DNA of 64,000 nt, taken from contig CAVNZM010000002.1 in NCBI GenBank assembly GCA_963693365.1, forward strand, positions 7,098,454 through 7,162,453, in the 5' to 3' direction. A program made the translations under genes and the position numbers. This stretch comes from Amoebidium appalachense (Eukaryota > Protista > Ichthyosporea). Each line of letters starts with the position of its first letter. Position 1 is the first letter of the stretch. This document shows positions 43,922-57,109 of the stretch, in pieces. Below the pieces are notes generated by a model. The model saw nothing but the letters and a program-made list of their open reading frames with translations, ran no database searches and was not told the DNA's origin.

Positions 43922-45039
43922 CTTCCTCTAAATGGGCTCTGTTCGTGTCTCTTGCCCCCCCCCCCCCCCCACACACACACACAAACACTAACACACACTT
44001 ATACAGATCCGCTTGGTTCCCATATCCCCTGTCCTCTCTCCTCCCCCCCCCCCCCCCCCCCCCCCTCTCCCCCTCCAACACACACACACTCCATCCTTCA
44101 AACGCACTACCACTCATGGCCCTGTGGAGGCCACAAATTTCCACTAAAACGATCCCCGAGGGGAGGGGGAGGTTGGGGGGGGGGGAGGTTTGAGATAAGA
44201 CCCAAATTTGCAAACAAAAAGGATCGGTGTTGAATGAGCCTGTCGGTGTACAGGGGTAGGCTGAATTTAAGATTTTCCGAATATAATTTTATAGTGCTCG
44301 GAATCTAGCTGGCTGCAGCCGACATCCACGTCAGCTCATATTTGGCCTACCCCTGTACGTTGCAGCCCATGGTGTTCTGCTAAAAAAAATATCTCAACAG
44401 TGACAAAAGCATCTGATTCATTATTCATAAATATTCGGAAACGAGTGATTGGTAGAAGGTCTCTAGGATCTTAGGGGGTAATGCGTGGCGGTAAATATGT
44501 TAAGGTTCGGAAGGTCACAGGCTGTCTGCTAGGCTTATGAGACACTCCAGACCATGTGGTATCATCTTTATGGTAGACTAATGGTTGTGTTTGTGCGTGT
44601 GTGTCTGCAGCTGTGTGTCACGGGGGGGGGGGGGGGGGGGGGGGGGGGAGCTCATCAAGGTTTCGACAGCAACCCCCTGGCCCGGGAGAAGGGGGTGGGG
44701 TGGGGGGGTGGGGGGTGGGGGGGGGGGGTCACCCCTAATTCAGGACAGGAAATGCAAGGAGCAAACCGATCCCGAAGGCGAGTGTTATTCGGGCTTCAAG
44801 AGAATTGCAGGTATGATTTTTTATTTTATCTTATATTGTTTTTTGTTTGTGTGTGGGAGGGTGGGGGGGGGGTAGGGATCGGGGGGGGGGGGGGGGAGGG
44901 GGGGGACCCGGTATGTATGTAGAACGTGTTTCAGCGTGCAAAGGTTTATTCACAACTTCACAACGGAAAACGATGAATGCATACTTTACAAAGCACTACT
45001 ATGTGCATAGTAAGCAGAGCCCATTCTCAAGGAAGGGCG

Positions 45040-45077
<38 letters not shown>

Positions 45078-45990
45078 GGGGGGGGAGGGGGGAGGGGGGG
45101 GGGGGGTCGTATGTGATGACCCCATATTGCGGTGGTTTGGGGGGCCGACACTACACTTGTAACTCGTATGAGCATGCCATGGGAAAAGGGGGCTTTTGCG
45201 CATGTGGTGGATACAGAGCATCACCCGGGCTCCGATAATACTATTTCTCTTCCCCCCCCCCTCCCCCCCCCCATTCCACCCACATGCATGAAAACGTTTG
45301 TAAACTTGCGCAACTTGCCCTCCGCCCTTACACAGACGCACATGATAACTTAGTAAAGCATAAATTTACGCACTCACTTACTCACACTCTGTGCCACGTG
45401 ATGTTGAAAATGTAACACCACTCACACACACACAAAACACAAACACACAAAAAACACACACTAAAGCGCACACACACACGTAAATCACCAACAACAACCA
45501 CTTAAGGGCCGTAGTAGTACACGAGTAGTGCTAGAAAGAAAACACGCATCATCAGTTAAGTTAAATGCTATACACAGGAGGGCAGATAACAGTGCAAACA
45601 ATGCAATTTTTTACATGAATGATTGTTTCAGCTATTTTTTGGGGGATGATCTTTGTGGCATGTGTCCCCAAGAAACCATGACGCTGGCGGATAACTGCCC
45701 GTAGGGGTTTACCCTTGGAAATCACCAGAGGATATCGGTGGGTACGAACTATCTTATACCGAGAAAGGTTTTGGTGATTGATTGTGGGACATGTACATGC
45801 TGATTCGTGAGCAAAATTTGGAGTGCCCAATATCTTTCCGTCGGTGCACGACATATATGGGGAGAGTGGAAAAGGAGGGGGGGGAGGGGAAGTGGGGGGG
45901 GGGGGGGGGGGGGGAGGGGAAGAGGGGGGGGGGGGGGAAAGAGGGGGGGGGGGGGGGTCCGTTTGACCCGAGTCCTGTGGGTTGGATTGC
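41560..45990. repeat. Diverged colinear tandem duplication (copy A ~41560-43210, copy B ~44005-45990)
   Basis: Six shared anchors in the same order: cttggttcccat; tgattggtagaaggtc.c.aggatct; tgagacac.ccaga....gtggtatcatc; catgca.gaaaac.tttgtaa; aggag.gcag.taacagtg...ttcagctatttt; gcacgacatat. Confidence 0.75.
44251..44355. mobile_element. Tc1/mariner-like mini-MITE, 105 bp
   Basis: TA on both sides. TIR caggggtaggctgaat vs reverse complement caggggtaggccaaat. Absent from the corresponding position of duplicate copy A (~41815). Confidence 0.85.
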
Positions 45991-46311
45991 CTTTGGTGTG
46001 TCATGATTGGTTGTACGGTAGAAGCCTTCGGAACTGTCGGCGTGGTGCCGTACACTGAGACACCACAATTCATTCTTTCTAATGACACCAAAATGCCCTC
46101 TTTGTGTGGTTGTGTGTTCATCTGTCACGGTGTGTGTGTGTGTGTGTGGTGTGTGCGGGTGTGTGTGGCTGGAGAGGGGGGGGGGGGGGAGGGGGGGGTT
46201 TGGGGGGAGGGGGAAATTGAAAACTTGGCAAAACACAAAACACCACTAGAATCGGTGGCCCCCATCCCCCCCCCCCCCCCCCCCCCCTTCTCCCCCCCCC
46301 CAAAAGAAACC

Positions 46312-46342
<31 letters not shown>

Positions 46343-46392
46343 GCAGGCAAGAGGCACTTGAACAGAGTTCACCATCCAGAAGAGGAGGGCGA

Positions 46393-46444
<52 letters not shown>

Positions 46445-46790
46445 ACGGTGGGGAGGGGGGGGAGTGCGGAGGGGAGGGGATGGAGCACAATTTCCGAACT
46501 GCATGAAGCAAGGAAGGCCTTTTAGTTTTTATTGTGTGCGCATGTGTGTGTGTGTATGTGTGTGTGTGAGAGTGGGGAAGGGGAGAAGGGTGGGTAGGGG
46601 GAAGGGGGGGGGGGGGGGAGAGGAGGGAGCAGGGGGGGGGGGGGGGGGAGGGTTAATGCATTAGAGGGTTGAGTGAAGACGTCAAAAAGCAAAGAACAAA
46701 ACGCCGCAAAGACACAAACCCAGAAACAACTAACCTAAATATTTAAGCAAAAGGCACTTGAGCGGGGCCTTTCATGAGAGAGGGGGATGG

Positions 46791-46822
<32 letters not shown>

Positions 46823-47365
46823 CATCATGTTACTGCGCAATGTGGGTTTTGGGTTGGGGGGGGGGGGCTCGGGAAAGGGGTTGGAAGGAGTTAAAGGGAG
46901 GAATTTTCGGGGGAAGATGATGGGGAGAGGGGGAGGGAGGAAAAAGGGGGGGGGGGGGGGGGGGAGGAGGGAGGTGGCGGCGGTGGTGGTGGTGGTGGTG
47001 GTGGTGGTGGGTGGGGCCGGGGGGGAGAAGGTAGGGCTGTTTTTGGGCAATTGTTATTAACTGCAAGAAGCGGGAAGGGATGTTCCTTTTTTTCCTCTCT
47101 CTTTTTTGTGCATGTGTCTATGTGTGTGCGTGTGTGTGACGGTGTGTGTGTGTTGGGGTGAGGGGGGGGGGGGGGGGGGGGGGGGGGGGAGGGGGGGAGG
47201 GGGAGAAGGGTCCGGGAGGGGGGGAGAGAGGGGGGGGGGAGGGGGAGGGGATTGGTAGGAGTCAGACAGGGATGCCGGGTTGATGCCGGTAGTTCAGGGT
47301 AAAGGGGTAAGGTGGTGTTGGGGGTGGTGGTGGTGGTGGCTTGTGTGTGTGTGTGGAGGGTGGGA

Positions 47366-47398
<33 letters not shown>

Positions 47399-47522
47399 GG
47401 GGGGGGGGGTATTTTTCTCTTTCACACTGTACCATGATGAGTCTTCTAATGTGTTACGGTTTTCTTTTCTGTGTGTGTGGGCAAGTGGGGAGAGAGGGAG
47501 GGGAGGGGAGGGGGGGGGGGGG

Positions 47523-47564
<42 letters not shown>

Positions 47565-47910
47565 GTTATTCGGAACACCGAGGAGATAAGTTTCCATGCA
47601 TATAGAGAGACGTAATGATTACACTAGATATTTTATGCTTATATTAGATCTGCATTGTGTGACAATCAAGTTGGTGGCAAGTAAATGTCCCTATCACTGT
47701 GCAGATTGACAGCTTACAGCACTATGCATGCAGCATACTTCGAACATATGTGTGCAGGGAACCAAAAACATCTGCTTTTATTTGTTATGTTAGTGAGTCC
47801 TCCCCCCCCCCCTCCCTCCCCCCACCGCCGCCCCCGGTCTTTTAGTTTTTTCTCCATACAAGGACTCTCTCTCCCTCTGTCCTTTTTTTCGTGGTGGTGG
47901 TGGAGATGGT

Positions 47911-47965
<55 letters not shown>

Positions 47966-48058
47966 ATGTGTGCGCGCGCGTGCATGCGTGCGTGGGTACG
48001 TGTGTGTGTGTGTGTGTGCGTGCGTGTGCGTGCGCGCCTGGTTGTGTGTGTGTTTGAA

Positions 48059-48097
<39 letters not shown>

Positions 48098-48127
48098 AGG
48101 TGGGGGGAGGGGAGGGGGGAAGTTGGA

Positions 48128-48448
<321 letters not shown>

Positions 48449-48482
48449 TTTTTTTTTTTTTTGTCCGGGGGGAGGGTTGGGG

Positions 48483-48526
<44 letters not shown>

Positions 48527-48722
48527 GGTGAACCTAAGGTACTACGGGGTGTCTATATCTATGCACCAAGCAGTAGAGTTTGTTACTGTGTGTGTAGGTC
48601 TAGGCATACAGAGCTGTTTGCCGTAGACATCTGTACGTGTGTGTGTGTGAGTGAGTGTGAGTGCATGCCGGTGTAACACAGTGATATTTTGTGTGTGTCT
48701 GTGTGTGTGTTTGTGTGTTTGT

Positions 48723-48811
<89 letters not shown>

Positions 48812-48916
48812 ATTTGTGTATATGTGTGCATCTGATGGTGTGTGTATGTGTGTGTGTGTGCGTGCGTGTGTGTGCGTGCGTGTGTGTGTGGGTGTGCACG
48901 CACGCGGGCACGCACG

Positions 48917-48992
<76 letters not shown>

Positions 48993-49549
48993 TACTTGTG
49001 TGCACGTGTGCACGCGTGTGCAAGTGGGAGTAAAATGCATGCAGAACGTGTACACGAATCTTAGACTACGTAGGTGCCACGTGATTATCCGGAAAATGCA
49101 ATGAAGTCGCCGAACATAATGCATCTAGATAGGCTGCACACTGGTGCACTGATATTGGAATAACATACCGTTTAGGTGAAAGGCCGGTGGGGGAAGTAGA
49201 CTCTGCCCTCTGGTACCACACACCGGCCGGTTTTGCCGGAACCCGATTCGTTAATCATTCGTGTATTATTCCCATTAAAGGGAGCTAGCTTGTTGTTGCA
49301 CCAGGCAACTCACGGCCTCCAGTGTCTAGAGGCGCATTTAAATCTATAAATTCGACCAATTGCAAAAATCCCATAAACTAATACAAAAATACAATAGGCG
49401 GCAAGCTCCAACAGATCCCATCATACGAGTTAGAGCTTAAAAACTACGTTCCAAAGGCTGTGTTGCTAGCTCTATATTAGTCAATTATCGCGTCTATTTT
49501 CAGCCTACCAATAGCATCTCACGTATCCGGGACCCCATAAAGCGCCTAA

Positions 49550-51226
49550 TTAGGCCGAGCTCATTAGCAGGCCAGCAATAGAAGCGTTCATCCATGTGGT
49601 GGCTGTGCCTGTGAGCATGGCACTGAAAGCCAGGCGGGCAAGGTCCTTGTAGCGGTTGGGGGCCATGGCGCCCAGCCCGCCCAGCTGCACGGCAATGGAG
49701 CTGAAGTTGGCAAACCCGCACAGCGCAAACGTCGCAATTGTCTCCGCACGCTTGCCCACAAGTCCGGCCTTCAGCATCTCGGCAAGGCGGGTGTATGCGA
49801 CAAACTCGTTGACGAACATCTTGAGCCCCATGAGGGATGCCACGTTGCCGGCATCAGCCCACGGCACACCCATCATGAAGGCCACAGGGCGCAGCACGTA
49901 CGAGCACATCAGCTCGAAGGTGAACCCCTCGATGCCCACCATCCAACCAACAAACTGGAACACGTTGTTGACAAATGCGAGAAGGGACACGAAGGCAATC
50001 ATAGCTGCAGCAATATTTGCCACCAGGGGGATGGCATCACTGGCACCGGCAGATGCGGCCTCAATGACGTTGCTGGCCTCCGACTTGGGCAGCTCGAAGT
50101 CGCTGCCGGCGGCCGTCTCCGACTCCTCTGTCTCGGGGTAGACCAGCTTGGACATGGCCAGGCAGGCAGGTGCCGCCATCACGGATGCTGCCATCAGGGA
50201 ACTGGCGGAGATGCCGAAGCCGATGAATGCGGCCATGACACTGCCGGCAATGGTGCCAAACCCACCCGTCATGACGGCATGCAGCTCGGACTTGGTCATG
50301 CCCTTTAGGAACGGCTTGATCAGGAGGGGCGCCTCGGTCTGGCCAAGGAAAATGTTGCCGGCAGCATTGAGAGACTCGGCAGCAGACGTGCCGAGGGTCT
50401 TCTGCATGACCCACGAGATCTTGGCAATGACCATCTGCATGAGGCCGAAGTAGTAGCAGATGCCCATGAATGCCGCAAAGAAGATCACCACCGGCAGCAC
50501 CTTGAATGCAAAGAAGTGGTCCATGAAGTTGTCCCCAAACACGAACTTTGCACCCTCGTCCGAGTACGCGAGGAAGCGGGACACGTGTCCGGAGAGCCAA
50601 TCAAGGGCCTTGAATCCGGGCTCCCACTTCAGCACAAGGAAGCCAAAGCAGAACTGGATGCAAATACCCCAGACGATGGGCCGCCAGCTGACTTGGCTTC
50701 TCTTCCACGAGCACATATAGCCCACGGCAATGAACATGAGCACACCGCCGAGAGAGATGAGACGCGACCATTCGCCCGGCACGCAAATATCGACAATGAT
50801 AAACAAAAGGAAGAGAATGACGGGAACAGCCAGAAACACCCAGCGAAGTATGCGCCAGTTTGCCTCCACAAGGGCGACCGCCGGCTTGACAATGGCGCGG
50901 TAAAGACTGTCGCTGTAGTTGTCGCTGACAAACGCCCACAACACGCAAAACGCAACAAACGCAGTCATGCCCACAAGAGGGACGGCACGGCTGAAGTTGA
51001 GCGCGCAAGCAGCGATGAAGTAAGCGGCGAAAGTTAGAAGAAGGGTCATTTTGATGGCAAGGTTGATTTTGGCTTTGTTGGTGCTGTAGAAAGTGGGCTT
51101 TTCTTTCTCCTCCGTGTCGCTTCCGTCATGCGGAACGTCGCAATAGGCAACGGAGGCATCAGGGCCTCCGAGCTTCTTGCCGGTCAACTCGACCTCAACG
51201 GCAGTTTCCAGTGTGCTATGCGACAT
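49550..51226 (-). CDS. SLC28A: Concentrative (cation-coupled) nucleoside transporter, SLC28/CNT family, intronless copy, 558 aa
   Basis: Family motifs [77 protein letters not shown]; extra N-terminal TM helices of the eukaryotic type. Family-level call only. Confidence 0.96.
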   Translation of the reverse strand: MSHSTLETAVEVELTGKKLGGPDASVAYCDVPHDGSDTEEKEKPTFYSTNKAKINLAIKMTLLLTFAAYFIAACALNFSRAVPLVGMTAFVAFCVLWAFVSDNYSDSLYRAIVKPAVALVEANWRILRWVFLAVPVILFLLFIIVDICVPGEWSRLISLGGVLMFIAVGYMCSWKRSQVSWRPIVWGICIQFCFGFLVLKWEPGFKALDWLSGHVSRFLAYSDEGAKFVFGDNFMDHFFAFKVLPVVIFFAAFMGICYYFGLMQMVIAKISWVMQKTLGTSAAESLNAAGNIFLGQTEAPLLIKPFLKGMTKSELHAVMTGGFGTIAGSVMAAFIGFGISASSLMAASVMAAPACLAMSKLVYPETEESETAAGSDFELPKSEASNVIEAASAGASDAIPLVANIAAAMIAFVSLLAFVNNVFQFVGWMVGIEGFTFELMCSYVLRPVAFMMGVPWADAGNVASLMGLKMFVNEFVAYTRLAEMLKAGLVGKRAETIATFALCGFANFSSIAVQLGGLGAMAPNRYKDLARLAFSAMLTGTATTWMNASIAGLLMSSA

Positions 51227-53291
51227 CTTTTCAGACTGTGTAGCTATGTGTTTTTATGGTTGTCTTCTGTGTATATCAACTATTTCAAAAGTTTCGCAAA
51301 TGTAGCAGGCTTGTACCTTTTGATCACGATTCACTTTGAATGACTGTGTGCTGAATGTTGTCGCTGTGGATTGTTTATATAGTCGCGAATGCTTTTGTGA
51401 GCAGGGTCTATCTGCCAATAGGAAAACAGAATAGATTCAAAACCCAATCGGAATCGACCGATGCTTTACGGTGCGCTGCAGGGATTCCAGATCATCATGT
51501 CCGCCGGGGGATCGAATATGGCGTTAGAACACAATGATCCTACATTTTCTTTTCAGACAACGCCGAATGGTTCTCTAGCGCAAAAGGGATATTACACGCG
51601 AATAACGAAATAAATTGGCATTTCCACTCCATTATCTCTATTTTATGGTCATTCTCCTAAGATGGCTGCTGCAATATTCATGGCCCTAAAAATTACTAGC
51701 CCCGGAATTACCAACAAAGCGATGAGTTATGTCCAACGGTTTTTTAGATCAAAGGCCTTATCAATGCCAAACTAGAAAATATAACTCTTAGAACATTTAG
51801 AAGGCAGCAGTTTTATGCTTTTTTTTTTTTTTTTTTTTGAACACTGTTATACATGTTGAATTCAACTACCAATAATCGGAAGAACCAAGGGCCGAAACCG
51901 CATCAATTTCACACCCTGATTCTATTTAGAAATTTTTTTGTAGCCAAACCAACCAATCGCATATGGGCAACGCAAAAGGTCATTTTGATTGGTGTTTCCC
52001 GCACCCACACTGAGCACTGGCCACATCTGTCGCATTCGCCACGTTTTTGCCAGCACCTACTGGTACGGTACAGACCGCAGGTTGCTTCAAAGATGTGCAC
52101 AGTGCATCTTGGTTTTTTCCAACCATCGTCGGGCGAGTATTGCAAGGTGCGTCTGTACATGTGCCAGTTTTACAGACTTTGCCCGAACCGGGGCCCCTAT
52201 GATGAACAGATTCATTATGTAGTAGTATACGTATATACGTAGCCTCCACCTTTTCCCCAATCCCTCCAAAATCTCTCTGCTTCGTGCCTTTAAGACTTAC
52301 TGCACTACACTCCGGATCCCACCCCATCCCAACCTTCACGACACTCCCCTCCTACACACACGCATGGACCGTTTTCTACACGCACAACACAAAACACGCA
52401 TCTCCACCACATTTAACGCAAGCACCCGCATACACAAACCATTAGTGCAATATGTTTGCTCCACAGGCCGTGAAAAACGGTCTCTAGCTGATAGTATCGT
52501 GGGTTTCCCTAGTGGTGTACTAGCACAGTGGTCTCTTCCATGGCGTGGTAATCGGTTCCTGATGTTTCCTAGACGGTGGTGCCCTAGCCTTGGTGCCGTA
52601 GCTGTGTGGGCCGGTGTATTGTGTTCCCCTTTGTTCCGTTAGCCACCCAGGCCTCCTTTTCTTCCACACTCCTCACCCACCTATCCACTTCTCGTCACCT
52701 TGCACAACACTTTACCGTCATGGACTTCCTTCTACACACGGGTGATTTCCTCACTGCCCAACTTTGTTTCCAATACCTGTGCGCTCACGTCACACACATC
52801 ATACAACCACCCTCCCAACCTGGTTAATTAGCTCCTTTTCTTTCTTTCTCACTTCCCTTTTTTTTTCTTTCTTTCTTTTTTTTTTTTTTTGAAGTTGTCT
52901 TAGATACTGTGTCTGTAAGATGTGTGGCTTTAGCGGCCGTGGCCGTGTAGTAGATTACCATTAATAAGGGGTGGCTCTCGTCTTTATTATGATGTACATA
53001 TATCATGCATATGGGGCACATGTTGTGTTTCCGGGTTGGCCGGAGGAATTCGAAGCGGCCAATAAAGTGCAATGATCCCCAGTAGGGATGCAACAAACAA
53101 CACGGGTGGTTTCTGGTGGTTCACATTGCTAATAACGTTGAACTTGGGCGTCGGCAGGGTTAGCGGCTTGTGATCTTGACCACTTCCAACCCCTCCCCCC
53201 CCGCCCACCACCTCCTCCTCCACACACTCGCACACATGCACACCCACACACAGGCCCAGCCACCCATCCACCCACCCACCCACCCACCCAC

Positions 53292-53378
<87 letters not shown>

Positions 53379-53664
53379 TACATTTTCATGTTTACACACC
53401 AACTGTTACACCCTTGGGGCAGGGGTAGTAGCCTCCTCGGAAATGAGGTCTTTGTTTCAATTTTTCCGTGTGGCGATATATCCTATGGCAGTCTGTACGT
53501 TTACGTGCAGGTGCCCGTGCACTGCATGGCACCCTGTTGCTTTTGTGTATATTTGCGGCTTGTAGCACCTGGCAATATTGATGTGTTGCCAGCTTGTTTT
53601 AAAGCATCTCCGCACAACACAAGCATCCATACACACACGCATGCACACCGTACGCGTGTGTGTG

Positions 53665-53750
<86 letters not shown>

Positions 53751-53764
53751 CAGTGTCACACACA

Positions 53765-53846
<82 letters not shown>

Positions 53847-53870
53847 CACGCACACACAGTGTCACACACA

Positions 53871-53956
<86 letters not shown>

Positions 53957-54172
53957 GTTGGAGGGGGACGGGCAGGTGAGAGAAAGGCCACATACGGTAT
54001 AAACGGTATATTTGAGTACATGTACGCATTGCACTCCATCGCAACGTGTTGGTGCCACAGTATCAATTAAGAATTCGAGGCCTTGGGGAATCATCCGGGG
54101 GGGTCGGAAAGGAAAGAAGGATGGATTTGAGGGGTTGAGGAGGCATGTAATCCCGGGTGGGTGACTGTGTGT

Positions 54173-54203
<31 letters not shown>

Positions 54204-54692
54204 GGGGGAAGGAGGGTACGGCCTAAGCTCCCACACACACACACACACAAACTCCCCCCCCCCCCCCCCCCTCCCCCCTCCCCCCGGAAAAAGAAAGAAA
54301 AAAAAGAGAGAAATAAATAATGAGGAAAATAGCTACGACGGTCAGTTGGAACCTGAAATATGGGGAAGATCAATCCCTTCGTACCGCAACTTCCCCTCCG
54401 AATACCGGTCCCATTGTGGGCCGCAACAGTCGTGCGGTGTATATTGTTCCTGAAGGCACCTTCATTTGTTTGCCTACCCCCCCCCTCACCCCCCCCCCCC
54501 CCCTTCCCATCCACCCACCCACACATACACACCGTGACACATGCACACACCAACCCCACCATCCACCCACCCAATTCGCTCTCCTCCTCCCATCTTACCC
54601 CCCTGTATGTTAATCGGGTGAGCATTTGTGAGTGAGTGTGAGAGGGGGGGAGAAAGAGAGAGGGAGAGAGATAGGGGGGGGGGGGGGGGGAG

Positions 54693-54735
<43 letters not shown>

Positions 54736-54771
54736 TGTGTGTGTGTGTGTGTATGTGTGTGTGTGTGCGTG

Positions 54772-54825
<54 letters not shown>

Positions 54826-57109
54826 ACGTGTATGTGTGTGTGTGACAGTATGTGTGTGTGTGTGTGTGTGTCACGGGGTGTGTGTGTGTGTGTGTGTGTG
54901 TGTGCCCCGCCCCCACTCTCCCAACACATGCACACACCTTTGCAAAAGCTGCGAAGAATACCTCCCCCCCCCCCCCCCCCCTCCCCTCCCCCCCTTATAA
55001 CAGTATGGGCAAATAAATGCATATGACCCTCTTCCCCCACCGCTGCCGGCCCGTCCTCTCTCCACACACACACCAGAAAAAAGGAGCCGGGGGCAGGGGA
55101 GGGGGGGGGGGGGGAGGGGGTGAGGGGAGAGGGGGGGGGGGGGGGAGGTGGGGGTGAGGAGGGGGGGGGGGGGTTAGGGGGAGTGGGTAAAGGAAGGGAT
55201 GAAGTGAGTGAGTATTAATGAAGTATGGAGAGAGAGCTTTGGAGAAAGAGATGGCATCCAGAGAGAGAGAGAGAGTTTTCCCGTCACGGTGTCTGAACAT
55301 GCTTTTATACTTTCCTGAGACTCACAGACAGGCAAACCTTTCATGCGGCCGGGCCTAGGCTCACTCCAGAACTCTCCGTTTCATGCATTATCAGATTCGT
55401 GTGCTCGCGTTCCTCCTGTAAGGGGAGCCCACAATGATTTTCGTATTCCCCGGCCGCGGGTGATGATGTGTTATGGTTGAACCGCCAGTTCTCTGTCATG
55501 GCTACGAGAGAGAGACTCCGAGTAAACACCACAACGTATACTGTCTCCTGGCAACTTCATTAATCGATATCTAATAAGGAGGTTGCAATTGAACTATTGA
55601 CATAATAAGTAGAATCACAGCTTTCAAGGGTGTTTTACCAAGTTAGACTCTGAGCTCAGTGTTGCCACGGTGAAGTGAAGTGGTGAAACAGTAAATGTAG
55701 TCGAGTGTTGAACGTATTACTTAGTCTGCACTAAACCTATCTGGTACTGCATATATATCTACAAGGTGACTTTCGAATTCACACAGCACACAAAGGGCAA
55801 CTCGAATACTATTTAAAAAATGCCTTCTTCTACAGGACAGGTCTAGATGGATAATTCGGCAACACAAAGCGCACAGGCTGCTTTGATTCAGGTTACATAC
55901 AAATTTGAATACGTGCGACCTATTAAAACCACCGATATTGATGCTTCACGTCAAAAGACTTAGTGAAGCCCAGGAAAATGATGGGCCAACATATATGTGG
56001 CTAGCAGCATACCTACGTGTATACATGTTTCCGATATACCACCGTAAAGGTTCTCTCGTTTTTCTCCCGGTAAGACGCATACTTTCGTGACAAACGCAAG
56101 CTTCTCCTCCACAGTAGTAGCACTAGCACATGAGCTCCACGTACAGAACCGCAAAATGCATATGACCCCCATGGGCCAGGCGAGCATATATATTTAGCCC
56201 TTTAGGCTTCTAGAAGCCGCACGCAATTATTGCCATATTTGGAGACGGGTTTCCTACGGCGTGCCTCGAGGCAGGTTTCCGTCACCGTTTGTGCCCACGT
56301 GGCGGCTAATACTACTGTTGTTGGCAATGATTTCTAACTCATGAAGTAAAATGGACTACTCCCCGTGCAGCTCTCCCAAGCAAATTTTGGACGTTGACTG
56401 CTGCACATGCATATTATCCATACATATCATAGAGCCAGATGGTGGCCGGCCCATACTTTGCTTGGCAACTGTTTTGTCAGCTGCAGAGTGAGCGCTAGCC
56501 CGGCATATGATGCAAACTGCGCATTTTTTCCCGTCAGTAATTGCACGTGGGACCGTTACCTGCATGCAACGCAAAGTTCAACCGCTGCAGGTCACCAGGT
56601 GCACGCCCGGTGCCGGCCATATTCGCCGGGTAAATAAATACTGGCAGGCCAGCCAATAGGAAAATAGGTTCGTCACTTTTGCTTGACCAATGAGAGGCAG
56701 TCTCGCCAAAAAAGGCGAATTTCTGTTAAGCTTAAAAAAGGCAACAACGCGGAACATTTGATTGGATGATACAAGTGCATGGGCTTTTGGGCTCTTCGGA
56801 TAAATACGTAATTGTGTTTATAATCCTGAACAAAACCCCCTATTTCTTTTATAAATGAACCCAAAATACCCCCTCGTCATAAAACAAGCAAAGGTTGTCG
56901 ATATCAAAAGAAATCACTGCATCCCACATTTCGAACTGCTATATATAGTTGCGGGGGGTTTACGCTGTTTACTCGTCGAAGTGGCTCAAAGCCACCACTC
57001 CAGCTTTGTACACCACCCCTCGTTTGAGGAGAACGCACAGTTACCGCGAACAAACCTCGTAACAACAAACACAAACAAGAAGTGAAAACAAGATAAAAAC
57101 CCTCCAAAA

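Noticed and set aside
49300-51500. Intronless CNT as a classic LINE-made retrocopy
   Set aside because: No poly-A remnant or TSD seen, and upstream TATA-like context resembles the paralog; not excluded if old.
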